A DNA stretch of 64,000 bases from Spirochaetia bacterium (GTDB lineage Bacteria; Spirochaetota; Spirochaetia; DSM-2461), in assembly GCA_963668315.1 (NCBI GenBank), contig OY764216.1, forward strand, positions 4,800,001 through 4,864,000, read 5' to 3'. Positions 30,564 through 40,697 of this stretch are shown in pieces. The position numbers and the translations under genes were made by a program. The notes beneath the pieces were generated by a model. That model did no database searches. It was not told the DNA's origin and was given only the letters and a program-made list of their open reading frames with translations. Every line of letters starts with the position of its first letter. Within the stretch, counting starts at the first letter, position 1.

Positions 30564-32050
30564 GCCATAAGACACCGGAAGAACTGAGAGAAGAAGCCCA
30601 GGCTATATTGAAAGGATTCGAAGGAAAGACCCTGACAAACAAGGACCGTCTCTCCATCCCTCCCCAGGATATGCCCAGCCAGGACCCGAAGATACGGGGC
30701 GGCAATATGGAGGAAGTAGCCCTGGGTTATTTCGAGGAGCAGGTCAAGGCGGAAGCCATGCGCTGCGTCCAGTGCAAGAACGCCCCCTGCATCAAGGGAT
30801 GTCCCGTGGGAATAGACATTCCCGGTTTTATCCGTGAGGCGGGAGAAGGCCGCTTTGAAGAGGCCATCGGGATTATCCGCAACTCCAGCCTGCTACCGGC
30901 CATCTGCGGCCGGGTCTGTCCCCAGGAGAAGCAGTGCATGTCCCAGTGTACCGTGGGAAAAAGCCGCAAAGATCCCCTCAAGTCCGTTCAGATCGGACGG
31001 ATCGAGCGTTTCCTGGCCGACTGGGACCGGGCAAGGCCGGAGAAGAAGATTCCCGCGATTGCCGCTTCCACCGGGATGAAGGTGGGTGTTATCGGCTCCG
31101 GTCCCTCCGGGCTGACCGCAGCCGCCGAACTGCGCCGCGCCGGCCATGACGTGGTGATTTTCGAAGCCTTCCATAAGCCGGGGGGGGTGACGATTTACGG
31201 GATTCCCGAATTCCGCCTTCCCAAGGCCATCGTGGAGGAGGAAGTATCCCTTCTCAAGGATATGGGAATCAAATTTGAGATGAACTTTCTGGTCGGTCGG
31301 ACCAGACGGATTAAAACCCTTCTGGAACGGGACCATTTCGACGCCCTTTACATTGCCACCGGAGCGGGTCTTCCCAAGTTCCTCGGCATCGAGGGGGAGA
31401 ACCTGGTGGGCGTTTTCGCCGCCAATGAGTACCTGACCCGGGCCAACATGATGAGGGCCACTGTGCGGGACAAGTCGGACACGCCCCTCTTCCAGGCCAA
31501 AAAGGTCGCCATCTTCGGCGGAGGCAACGTGGCCATGGACGCCGCCCGGACCGCCCTTCGGGGAGGAGCCGAGGAAGTCCATGTGATCTACCGCCGGACC
31601 GAAGAGGAGATGCCCGCCCGGGCCGAGGAAGTGGCCCATGCCAGGGAAGAGGGCATTATCTTCGACCTTCTGACCAACCCCGTACGGATACTGGGCGATG
31701 AAAACGACCGGGTCAGGGCGATAGAGTGCCTGAGGTACGAACTGGGCGAACCGGACGCATCGGGCCGGAGAAGGCCTGTGGCCATCGAGGGCAGCGAGTT
31801 CGAGATCGAAGTGGACGCCTGTATCGTTTCCATCGGAAGCGGTTCTAACCCGCTGATTTCCCAGACCACTCCCGAATTGAGCGTGACCGAAAGGGGCACG
31901 ATCATAGCCGACGACTGGGGCCGGACCAGCATGGACCGGGTTTACGCCGGTGGAGATATTGTTCAGGGCGCCGCCACGGTGATCCTGGCCATGGGAGACG
32001 GACAGAAAGCCGCCCGGGCCATCACGGAGCGTCTGACCCACCACAGCTGA
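30560..32050 (+). CDS. nfnB: NfnB / GltD-like NADPH-dependent oxidoreductase
   Basis: RCVQC..CIKGCP, CGRVCPQEKQC, GSGPSG, GGGNVAMD; ATGA coupling to nfnA. Confidence 0.85.
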   Translation: MSHKTPEELREEAQAILKGFEGKTLTNKDRLSIPPQDMPSQDPKIRGGNMEEVALGYFEEQVKAEAMRCVQCKNAPCIKGCPVGIDIPGFIREAGEGRFEEAIGIIRNSSLLPAICGRVCPQEKQCMSQCTVGKSRKDPLKSVQIGRIERFLADWDRARPEKKIPAIAASTGMKVGVIGSGPSGLTAAAELRRAGHDVVIFEAFHKPGGVTIYGIPEFRLPKAIVEEEVSLLKDMGIKFEMNFLVGRTRRIKTLLERDHFDALYIATGAGLPKFLGIEGENLVGVFAANEYLTRANMMRATVRDKSDTPLFQAKKVAIFGGGNVAMDAARTALRGGAEEVHVIYRRTEEEMPARAEEVAHAREEGIIFDLLTNPVRILGDENDRVRAIECLRYELGEPDASGRRRPVAIEGSEFEIEVDACIVSIGSGSNPLISQTTPELSVTERGTIIADDWGRTSMDRVYAGGDIVQGAATVILAMGDGQKAARAITERLTHHS

Positions 32051-32058
32051 CAGGCGAA

Positions 32059-32174
32059 AGGGATTGGAGCGGTTAGGGCGCCCGGCGCCGGTCTGACGCG
32101 AGGAAGACCGATGGAGCGCCGGGAGTAAGCCCTTCGAGCGGAAAGCCCGGCCGGGGCGCAGCCCCGGGCCGCCC
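32059..32174 (+). ncRNA. Structured intergenic element, Flavo-1-like RNA or repeat
   Basis: AGGGATTGGAGCGG...nested hairpin...GAGCGGAAAGCCCGG plus a terminal hairpin; resemblance to Flavo-1 is from memory. Confidence 0.45.
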
Positions 32175-32187
32175 CCCTTCATGCCAT

Positions 32188-32784
32188 CTAGACGGGAAAG
32201 GCCGTGTACAGCCCCGCTCCCAGCCCCAGCGAGATGAGTATGGCCCAGAAGGGCTTGAGGCTTGTCTTTTTCCTTAAGACAAAGATAATCAGAAAAATGA
32301 GAACCCCCTGCCAGAGAATCGAGAGATCTTTCCAGGAGGAGAGGTCGGCCCAGTTGCTGACGCCCAGGGGCAGTTCGCCGTCCACCAGGGAATTTTCCAT
32401 GAAGAAGAGAACCGCCGCGCCTATGAGGCCGATGGCCGCGGAACGGATGCCCCGGATCCACGGTTCGGCCGCCCGGGAGCTTTTGACTCTGTCCAGGAAG
32501 CGGATGACCAGGGTGGTCAGGCAGAGAGCGGGGAAGATGAGCCCGAAGGTGGCGATGAGGGCCCCGGGAACTCCGGCGGTGATTTTTCCCACGTAGGTGG
32601 CTGTGTTGAGGGCGACAGGCCCGGGGGTCATCTGGGAGACGGCCACCATGTCGGCGAACTCCGAGGGGAGACACCAGCCCCGCCCCACCACTTCCTGCTG
32701 GATGAGGGAGATCATGGCGTATCCCCCTCCGAAGGTGACCGCGCCGATGCGGCAGAAGACCCAGAAAAGTTCGAGATAGATCAT
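32188..32784 (-). CDS. Short-chain chromate transporter subunit
   Basis: FGGGYAMI, SQMTPGP. Confidence 0.88.
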   Translation of the reverse strand: MIYLELFWVFCRIGAVTFGGGYAMISLIQQEVVGRGWCLPSEFADMVAVSQMTPGPVALNTATYVGKITAGVPGALIATFGLIFPALCLTTLVIRFLDRVKSSRAAEPWIRGIRSAAIGLIGAAVLFFMENSLVDGELPLGVSNWADLSSWKDLSILWQGVLIFLIIFVLRKKTSLKPFWAILISLGLGAGLYTAFPV

Positions 32785-33335
32785 GCCTTCGCCTCCCCGT
32801 CCCGGCGGAACAGAAGCCAGCCGAGGAAGGCGGAGAGGAGAACGACCAGCACGGCGTTGATTTCCAGCACTTCCAGGGCGAGAAAGGCGAAGCAGGCCAG
32901 GAAGACTTCCCTTTTTCCCTTGAGGGTTTTCATTCCCAGACCGATGACGACGGCCAGCAGAAGGGCGGTCACTCCCGCCCTGACGCCCAGAAAGGCCCGG
33001 GCCACATAGAGGTTGTCCGTGATAAGCTGTACGGCCGAGGCCAGGGCCGTGATGATGACTACGGAGGGGACCAGGACGCCCACCACCGAGAAGACGGCCC
33101 CCCAGAATCCCGCCTTGATCCGGCCGATCATGAGGGAGGAGTTCAGGGCGATGACTCCGGGAAGGGTGTTACACATGGTATAAACGTCGAGCATGTCCTC
33201 TTCGGTAATCCAGCCCCGCCTTTTCACAAATTCGTCCTCCATGAGAGGGAGCATGACCGCTCCGCCCCCCAGGGTGAAGGCGGAAATTTTAAAGAATGAG
33301 AAAAAAAGACTCATCAGTAGGGAAAAATATTTCAT
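32781..33335 (-). CDS. Short-chain chromate transporter subunit
   Basis: FTLGGGAVM, LPGVIALN; paired with the adjacent subunit. Confidence 0.85.
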   Translation of the reverse strand: MKYFSLLMSLFFSFFKISAFTLGGGAVMLPLMEDEFVKRRGWITEEDMLDVYTMCNTLPGVIALNSSLMIGRIKAGFWGAVFSVVGVLVPSVVIITALASAVQLITDNLYVARAFLGVRAGVTALLLAVVIGLGMKTLKGKREVFLACFAFLALEVLEINAVLVVLLSAFLGWLLFRRDGEAKA

Positions 33336-33417
33336 GTGCCTATTCGACCACAGGGATGAATAATTGTCCATGCCTTTCCCTTGACCTGAGGCATTTTTAG
33401 TGTAAAATTAAAGCAGT

Positions 33418-35103
33418 ATGAATTACTCCGATCTTCCCGGCAAGGTGAACCGCCCGGGGACGATAAAGCCGTCCCTTTACAAAGGTAACGACCTCCTTCT
33501 CACGGCGGGCTTCATAAGGCCTTCGGGCAGGGGGCTCATCTCCTACCTGCCCCTGGGGATGAGAGTCCTGAGAAACCTCAAAAGAGTCATCAGCGAAGAG
33601 ATGGAAGCCCTGGGGGGCATGGAGATCGCCGCTCCCCTGGTGGCATCGGAAAGCCTCTGGGAAGTGACGGGCAGGAACGAGAGCTCCTCGGTGGAATTCG
33701 CCCGTTTCACCGACAGGCAGGGACGAAGGATGGTGCTGGCCCCCACCCACGAGGAGGCGATTACCGACCTGATCAAAGAGGATATCCGTTCCCACAAGGA
33801 CCTGCCCCTGTTCGTTTTCCAGAATCAGATAAAATTCCGGGACGAGATACGCCCGCGGGGCTACCTTATCCGGTCCCGTGAATTCCTTATGCACGACGGA
33901 TATTCCTTCCACCGGAACTATACGGAGCTGAACAACTTCTTCCCGAAAATTTTCGCCGCCTACGAAAGGGTCCTGAAGCGTTGCTCCGTTCCCTATATCA
34001 CTTCCGAAGCCGATCCGGGCTTCATGCGCGGTTCACGCTCCTATGAATTCACCATGCCCCATGAGTACGGTAAAGACGTGGTGGTCCAGTGCCCCCAGTG
34101 CGGCTATCGGGCCAACAGGAACATTGCCCGATGCGAAAAGCCCACCCGCTCTGAACCGCTTGAGGAGATGGAGGAGCGCGCCTGCGACTCTTTTTTACAG
34201 CAGGGAAGAAAGGAGAGGCCCGACGAGTATGCCCGATGCCACATTTTCAAAGGCGAACGGCGCTACATCATGGCCGTGTACCGAAGCGATTTTTCCCTGA
34301 GCGTGGACAAGATAAAAAAGATGACCGGAGAGGACGAACTGATCCCCGCCACGGAGGAGGAGATCCGAGGCCTGGGCATAGATCCCAAGTCCGTATCCCC
34401 CTTCAATCACTCCGCCTGTCTTATCGTGGTGGACGACAGCGTGACCGATACCTCCAATCTGATCATGCCCTCCGGAGTGGAGGGATTCTGCTTCACCGGA
34501 GTCAATTTCGGCAGGGATTTCGATGCCCATAAGACGGGGGATATCGTGAAGGCCGGCGAGAGCAATATCTGCCGTATCTGCGGAACCAATCTCCAGACGA
34601 TAAGGGGGATCGAGCTGGCCCACATTTTCAAACTGGATGACTTTTACTGCCGGAAATTCTCTCTCTCCTTTCAGGATGAGGACAACAAGATAAAAACCCC
34701 CTTCATGGGCAGCTACGGGATAGGCCTGGGGCGCCTGCTCTTTGCGGCGGCCGAATCCAACAACGACGAAAAGGGCCTCCTCTGGCCCGCCGAGATCGCC
34801 CCTTTCCGGTATTTTATCATGGGTATCGGGAAATCCCCCTCCGTGAGGGACCGGGTTTACGAACTGGCGGAAAAGCTGGGAAATCAGGTTCTGGTGGATG
34901 ACAGAAAGGAGGGAATCGGTGTAAAATTGCGCGATTGCGACATCATGGGCATTCCCTGCCGGATAATCATTTCCAACCGTTTCCTGGAAAAGGGAGAGGT
35001 GGAAGTCTACACCCGGAGAGACCGCGCCATAACCTATGTCTCATACACGGAACTGCTCCCCCGGTTACAGGAATGGGAGCGGGAACAGGGGTTAAGAACA
35101 TGA
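33418..35103 (+). CDS. proS: Divergent bacterial-type proline-tRNA ligase
   Basis: PTHEE, KFRDEIRPR, REFLM.D.YSFH, MGSYGIG..R; C-terminal anticodon-binding domain. Confidence 0.8.
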   Translation: MNYSDLPGKVNRPGTIKPSLYKGNDLLLTAGFIRPSGRGLISYLPLGMRVLRNLKRVISEEMEALGGMEIAAPLVASESLWEVTGRNESSSVEFARFTDRQGRRMVLAPTHEEAITDLIKEDIRSHKDLPLFVFQNQIKFRDEIRPRGYLIRSREFLMHDGYSFHRNYTELNNFFPKIFAAYERVLKRCSVPYITSEADPGFMRGSRSYEFTMPHEYGKDVVVQCPQCGYRANRNIARCEKPTRSEPLEEMEERACDSFLQQGRKERPDEYARCHIFKGERRYIMAVYRSDFSLSVDKIKKMTGEDELIPATEEEIRGLGIDPKSVSPFNHSACLIVVDDSVTDTSNLIMPSGVEGFCFTGVNFGRDFDAHKTGDIVKAGESNICRICGTNLQTIRGIELAHIFKLDDFYCRKFSLSFQDEDNKIKTPFMGSYGIGLGRLLFAAAESNNDEKGLLWPAEIAPFRYFIMGIGKSPSVRDRVYELAEKLGNQVLVDDRKEGIGVKLRDCDIMGIPCRIIISNRFLEKGEVEVYTRRDRAITYVSYTELLPRLQEWEREQGLRT

Positions 35104-35987
35104 ATGAAAAAGTAATTCTCTCGCCGGAACTCCTCGAACAGATTATTTTCGGGATGGAGAACCAGGCGGAGAATTTCTGTCTGGACGTGGAAAAACTGAC
35201 CGTTATTCCCAAAAGTCAGAAGGAGGAGGAGGACCCGGAGGAACTCCGCTATCTCTCCCTTCCCCGCTGGACCCCTGCCAACGGCTACAGCATCATGGAA
35301 AGGTTCGTCCTCTCCCTGAACAATCCCCTCTACCGGAGCCGCCTGAGATCGATTCTCCACTCGGGGAAAGGGGTTTTCCGTAATTTCAAGGATCTGCTCA
35401 AGGAGAAACCGGAAATTGAGAAACTCTGGTTTCATTACAAGACCCGGGAGCTGCGTAATTATATTCAGGAGTGGCTGGACAGTTTCGAAAACTACCGCAA
35501 TATGATGACCCTGGGGGAAGCGAAGGAAAACCTGGAAGAGCTGCTTCTCAGCGATTTCCTATTCCTGGAAAGTCCCGCCCACCACAGAGAGGAAGTACGG
35601 AGACTGGACAGGGATGTGCTGGACAGGATGAAGAAAGAGCTTCCCCATGAGATACGGACCTCGGAGGGCGTTTATGTGCCCATGAAGGATGATTCCGATT
35701 TCATCGTGGCCGAATCACCGGAAAAGGAGATGGCCGGCTTTATTGTCTACTCCATCGAAGGCGACTCCGCCGTCATCACGAATCTGTATACCCTTCCCGA
35801 GTATAGAGGCCTCCGCGTGGCGGAAGAACTCTATTCTCAGACGGAAGCGCTTCTTTTATCAAAGGGGATCTCCCGGATCTACGCGGCGGGCATTCCGTCC
35901 CAGAGCGTTCTGAACCACTTCTTTCTGGAAAAGCAGTTCGAACCGCGTATTATAACCTATTCGAAGAAAATCTATCCCGATTACTGA
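35100..35987 (+). CDS. UPF0158-like domain fused to a GNAT domain
   Basis: GYSIMERF...GKGVFRNFKDLL...W, then LYTLPEYRGLRVA; ATGA overlap with proS. Confidence 0.7.
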   Translation: MNEKVILSPELLEQIIFGMENQAENFCLDVEKLTVIPKSQKEEEDPEELRYLSLPRWTPANGYSIMERFVLSLNNPLYRSRLRSILHSGKGVFRNFKDLLKEKPEIEKLWFHYKTRELRNYIQEWLDSFENYRNMMTLGEAKENLEELLLSDFLFLESPAHHREEVRRLDRDVLDRMKKELPHEIRTSEGVYVPMKDDSDFIVAESPEKEMAGFIVYSIEGDSAVITNLYTLPEYRGLRVAEELYSQTEALLLSKGISRIYAAGIPSQSVLNHFFLEKQFEPRIITYSKKIYPDY

Positions 35988-36877
35988 TTCTTGAGTATTT
36001 TCAGCTTTTCCAGACGGGCCGGCTCGTTTTCCTCATGCATTTCGAAAAGGGTATCCATAACCTTATCCACCACATACTGCTTGGCGTCCACCCCTTCGGG
36101 TATCTCGGCGGAGACTTCGTTTCGGAAGCTTCTGGCCTCCACAACGGGGGAGAAGGTGAATGTCATGATGTCCGGAGACGGCTCATCCTTTTCCATGGCC
36201 TCTTCCCGGCAGGGGACCAGGGTATTACCGTTAATGGAGAGAAAGCAGAGATAATCAAAGGTCTTCAAGTAAGAGTAGATCTCCCGCACCCCTTTTCGTG
36301 AAGTGGGATCCCAGGGACGGTATCTCGTACCGGCGGGAAATACGGTGATAATGTGCCCCGAGTGCTTCCTGTGGGTCAGCTCCTTGATCGCGGCGATATT
36401 GATGGGAACGCTGATCTCCCGGATCCTCTTTTTCTCCTCTTCATTCTCAACCTTGTCGATGGATCGGCTGGGATAAATGACGATAGTATCGTAGGAGTTG
36501 GAGAAGGCGGCGGTGACGGGATTCCCTTCGCTCAGCTTCATACCCTGGATGGGGAGCATGGCTCCGGCCACTTCGGGGCCTACCTTGGGATCGTTCTCCA
36601 TAAGGCGGTAGAGACAGGGATAATCAAAGTTGCTGTAGTGCTCCACCAGGAGAAGGCAGGCTTTTCCCGAACGGCTTTTCTCGTAGAGATCCAGAAGGGC
36701 TTCGCTGTTGACAAGTCCGCTTCCGGGAAGCATGAGCGCTTCCACCATATCCCCGATTATCTTCCGGTTCGCCGGAACACCTTCCTGAAAGACGTTATCC
36801 GGTCTGAAACCGTAATCACGCCCCTCCAGATTTTTAGTCATAAGCTGTATCTGATCCAAATAATCGGACACTCTCAT
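35981..36877 (-). CDS. Glycerol-3-phosphate / 1-acyl-G3P acyltransferase
   Basis: HYSNFD (HX4D), VFPAGTR. Confidence 0.8.
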   Translation of the reverse strand: MRVSDYLDQIQLMTKNLEGRDYGFRPDNVFQEGVPANRKIIGDMVEALMLPGSGLVNSEALLDLYEKSRSGKACLLLVEHYSNFDYPCLYRLMENDPKVGPEVAGAMLPIQGMKLSEGNPVTAAFSNSYDTIVIYPSRSIDKVENEEEKKRIREISVPINIAAIKELTHRKHSGHIITVFPAGTRYRPWDPTSRKGVREIYSYLKTFDYLCFLSINGNTLVPCREEAMEKDEPSPDIMTFTFSPVVEARSFRNEVSAEIPEGVDAKQYVVDKVMDTLFEMHEENEPARLEKLKILKNQ

Positions 36878-36959
36878 TTGAAATACCTCGCTATCATTCT
36901 CTGGTCTCAACCAAACAAGTATAGGTTATTATGGATAACTTGTACAGCCAAATTGACAA

Positions 36960-38876
36960 CTATGACAGGACTTCTTCCAGTTCTCCCTCTTCTGTCTGTT
37001 CCAGGGATGCTTCGTCGAGTTCGGAAAACTCGTCCCCGTCCTCCGGTTCGCCATCGATTTTGAATTTATCAACCTTTCCCCGGAGAACCTCCATATTCTC
37101 CCGGTTCTTCTCACTGACATCCTGCATGGAGGTCATGGCGCTGATAATTTCCCGGCTCCCCTCATTAATCTCTTTGATACCGTTGAGAACGGTGGAGGAG
37201 AGCTGCTGCAGACTTCCCATATTTTTTGTGATGCCGGAGGATTCACCCTGCAGGGCTTTCACTTCATCAAGAATCTCTATGGTGACTTCCCTCACCTCTC
37301 CCGTACCGGCGAGGACTTCCCGGGATCCGCCGGATATCTCATCCATGGACCGGGAGATCTCCAAAAGGGCCTGGGATGTGCTTTCCACTTCCTTTTCTAT
37401 GTGGGAGAAGTGCTTGAGACTGATCTGGCTGCTGTCGTTAGCCTCTTTGATCCTCTCGGTTATCTGCTTGAGGGAACGGGCCACAATCTGGGCGTTTTCT
37501 CCCGTGGAATCGGCCAGTTTGCGGATCTCATCGGCCACAACGCCGAATCCCTTGCCCGCTTCACCGGCGTGGGCGCTCTCAATGGCGGCGTTCATGGAGA
37601 GCAGGTTGGTCTGATCGGCGATATTGTCGATGATCTCAATGATCTCAACAAGATCTTCGATATCGCTGGAAACCTGATTGATGGCTCTGTATGTCTCCTG
37701 AACCCGCTCACTCCCCTGACCTGTGGCCTGGATCAGCCCTTCAACCTGGGATGCCCTTTCCGATGCGACCCGGGACACGTTGGATACGGAGGCCATCATC
37801 TCCTCTACCGCCGAAGCAGATTCGGCAACGGCGGAGGACTGCCTTTCCACACCCCCCACCTGATTCTCCAGTTTGCCGTTGATCCTTTCAAGAGCCTCGA
37901 AGACTTCGTTGACAACCTGATCCAGAGAGTCGAACTGACGCTCCATATTCTTGAGATTGGCGGTGATTTCGGTCATGGATGCGGAGGACTGGGTGACACT
38001 GGCCCCCATTTCCTCCCGGAGGTTCTGCCCTTCCAGTACATTTTTTTTGATATCCCCCACGATAGTCTTGAGCTGTTCCATTACACGGTTGGCGTGATCG
38101 GTCAGCAGCCCGGTCTCGTCCTTAGCCGTCTTCTTGATCTTGACGGTAAGATCCTGATCGGCTATGGAGCTCATGATTTTTTCGACCTCTTTCAGCCGCC
38201 AGCTGAGACGGGAGGCGAAGGAGAGGACGAGAATGATAGATCCCAGAACCACGAGGCTTATGACAGCGATGATGATAATCTGCTGCCTCTTCTGTATTCT
38301 GGACTGCAGCCCCCCGATGATATTGGGCATATCCAGAAGAAGGACCTCAAAGGCAGAGGAGGCGGAAATCATGGTATCCATTTTGGACTGGAAGTTCATG
38401 GCGTTCATCAGATAGCCACGCCTTACAGAGTTGTCCGCATCGGCCAGTTTGACCAGGGGCTCCATCTGCGTATCGCTGATAAGAAGCTCGTTTGACGAAT
38501 CGTCCACGAAATCATCAATGAAGGTGATCGTGAGTCTTAAGTAGTCCCAAAGGGAGGAGAGATTCTCCTGTTTCTCATGGGTCAGGGGATATTCGGCCAG
38601 GACAGGTGAATTGATCATCTGGTCCAGGGATTGATTAAAGTCCTTGAAAGTGGGCTCCCATTTTGTCTGGTAAGTATTACGGAGATCTGTTTCGGCATAC
38701 ATCTCCCGAAGAGCAAGAATCATGGATTCCCATTCGAAAAGTGTCTTGGCAGCGTTATTGGTTTCCACATGCAGTCTGTTAACCTCGGCGGTGGCACTTT
38801 GAATAACAACAATCGCACCTGAAAAGATGAGAATGACAACAAAAAACAGAATTAACAGTTTAGCTCTTATATACAT
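36960..38876 (-). CDS. Methyl-accepting chemotaxis protein
   Basis: Two TM helices, HAMP region, [34 protein letters not shown]. Confidence 0.93.
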   Translation of the reverse strand: MYIRAKLLILFFVVILIFSGAIVVIQSATAEVNRLHVETNNAAKTLFEWESMILALREMYAETDLRNTYQTKWEPTFKDFNQSLDQMINSPVLAEYPLTHEKQENLSSLWDYLRLTITFIDDFVDDSSNELLISDTQMEPLVKLADADNSVRRGYLMNAMNFQSKMDTMISASSAFEVLLLDMPNIIGGLQSRIQKRQQIIIIAVISLVVLGSIILVLSFASRLSWRLKEVEKIMSSIADQDLTVKIKKTAKDETGLLTDHANRVMEQLKTIVGDIKKNVLEGQNLREEMGASVTQSSASMTEITANLKNMERQFDSLDQVVNEVFEALERINGKLENQVGGVERQSSAVAESASAVEEMMASVSNVSRVASERASQVEGLIQATGQGSERVQETYRAINQVSSDIEDLVEIIEIIDNIADQTNLLSMNAAIESAHAGEAGKGFGVVADEIRKLADSTGENAQIVARSLKQITERIKEANDSSQISLKHFSHIEKEVESTSQALLEISRSMDEISGGSREVLAGTGEVREVTIEILDEVKALQGESSGITKNMGSLQQLSSTVLNGIKEINEGSREIISAMTSMQDVSEKNRENMEVLRGKVDKFKIDGEPEDGDEFSELDEASLEQTEEGELEEVLS

Positions 38877-39140
38877 ATTTTTTTTACTCCTTAAACTCCC
38901 GAAAACAGGGATAAATTGTAAACCTGCTTCTCCAGAAAAACAATTCTTTTTTTCCCCCATCGCTTTTTTAGGACAAATCTACATAATAGACGGACGGAGC
39001 GGAAAATCGCGCTGTACCCGGGGATATCCCGGAGAATAAATAAACATAGCACATATCATTGTTTATATCAGAGTTTCCCCCTCCCATTCCCTGATTTTTC
39101 ATCAGGGATAAATTATTTTACCTTTTTTTGAGAAGGTGTA

Positions 39141-39169
39141 TTGACAACTTTTCAACAAACCACTATATT
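39141..39169 (+). promoter_or_regulatory. tRNA promoter
   Basis: TTGACA-N17-TATATT, 14 bp before the tRNA. Confidence 0.75.
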
Positions 39170-39183
39170 ATGTCCCACAACGA

Positions 39184-39256
39184 CGCAGGGTGGAGCAGTT
39201 GGCAGCTCGTCGGGCTCATAACCCGAAGGCCGGAGGTTCGAGTCCTTCCCCTGCTA
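39184..39256 (+). tRNA. tRNA-Met(CAT), initiator type
   Basis: Cloverleaf; anticodon arm TCGGG-CTCATAA-CCCGA with three consecutive G-C pairs; unpaired 1:72; GGTTCGAGTCC T-arm; CCA not encoded. Confidence 0.95.
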
Positions 39257-39258
39257 AA
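39214..39258 (+). repeat. att core, copy 1 (tRNA 3' half)
   Basis: GCTCATAACCCGAAGGCCGGAGGTTCGAGTCCTTCCCCTGCTAAA. Confidence 0.95.
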
Positions 39259-39368
39259 TTATTAGTCCGAAAGGATTTAGTGAAAATTATTTTAATGAGT
39301 AACTACCGTAAAAACGGCGTTTATCATTAGTTGTCCTATGAAAAGTGTAGTAAACACTGGGAGAGACT

Positions 39369-40697
39369 ATGAAACGCCGTTTTTATTTTTATAACCGTGG
39401 TGTGAATAAGACCTGGTACGTGGCTATTCTTAATCCCAAAACGGGAGAAAGATTACCCGCCAGAAGTACTGGTACGTCTGATCGGGAAAAAGCCGAATAC
39501 CTTGCCAACAAATGGTATTACGAAGGAATTCCCAAGGAGAAGACTTCCGATCCTCGTTCGGTAAAAGAACTCTGTTCCGTTGATAAGATTCTATCTGACT
39601 TACGTTCAATCTCTCTACAAAATACCGATGTCCGTCGATTCCTCCGTTATTTCAAAGAAGAAGGTTTCATAAACGACATCAGCCTCAGAGGCAATTCCAA
39701 TGAAACCTTCTGTGATTTCCTTGCCCGAATCTGGGATTACGAGAACTCTCCCTATGTACGTGAAAAGAAAGCCCATGGACAAAGAGTCGGACAAACACGC
39801 TGTCGGGATTGTAGCGCAGCTCTGAATAATTATTGGATGCCCTACTTCCAAGATATTCCCATCTACGATATAACCCGTCAAAAGCTTAAAGATTTCTCCC
39901 TTACACTATCAGAGAAAGGACTGGCCGCCGCTACTATTAATAATATTATGGACGCCGGTTGCGTTCCCTTACGCTGGGCATATGCGAATGAATTGATTGA
40001 AACAGATCCGACTAGTGGTCTCATGCGATTTTCTGGTAAAAAGAAACGCCGTGGAATCCTATCCGTAGATGAAGCGGAGAAGCTTTTTTCAGAGGGAGAC
40101 TGGTATGGAAATGAGGGAGCCCGGCTGGGAAACCTTCTGGCCTATCAGACTGGATTAAGAGCGGGAGAGATTGTTTTCCTGAAGGTACGACACCTGGAAC
40201 AGGACCGTATCAAGATAGAAGGTTCCTTCTCTACTGTTGAAGGAGCCAAAGAGACAAAGACCCAGGAAAACCGGGAAGTTCCCCTACTCCCGGAGATGCG
40301 ACGAGCTCTTCTGAATCACGCCAAAAAGAGCCCTCACGGCTTCGGACCGGAAAACTGGATATTCTTTCAGGAAAGTGCAAAAGATCGTCCTATGAGGCAG
40401 GAAACGTTTAATAAAAGACTCAAGAAGGCTCTCTACAGTATTGGGATCAATGAAGTGGAAAGAAAGGAACGGAGTATCTCCTTCCATAGCTGGAGGCACC
40501 TCTTTGCTTATATTATTTCCAAAGAGCTGGATAAGAAAGTAATGCAGCTTACAGGGTGGAAAACGGAAGCTATGCTGGAAAATTACAGTATGCATAAAAC
40601 AGAGGCGGATTTCCAGAAAGCAGCAGAAGCAACGGGACGGATATTTTCGAATATCCTCCCCTTCTCCCATAAAGCGACTAAGGAGGCCACCGTATGA
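39369..40697 (+). CDS. Tyrosine integrase 1
   Basis: TGLRAGEI, TKT, FHSWRH, TGW...ENYS catalytic set. Confidence 0.95.
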   Translation: MKRRFYFYNRGVNKTWYVAILNPKTGERLPARSTGTSDREKAEYLANKWYYEGIPKEKTSDPRSVKELCSVDKILSDLRSISLQNTDVRRFLRYFKEEGFINDISLRGNSNETFCDFLARIWDYENSPYVREKKAHGQRVGQTRCRDCSAALNNYWMPYFQDIPIYDITRQKLKDFSLTLSEKGLAAATINNIMDAGCVPLRWAYANELIETDPTSGLMRFSGKKKRRGILSVDEAEKLFSEGDWYGNEGARLGNLLAYQTGLRAGEIVFLKVRHLEQDRIKIEGSFSTVEGAKETKTQENREVPLLPEMRRALLNHAKKSPHGFGPENWIFFQESAKDRPMRQETFNKRLKKALYSIGINEVERKERSISFHSWRHLFAYIISKELDKKVMQLTGWKTEAMLENYSMHKTEADFQKAAEATGRIFSNILPFSHKATKEATV

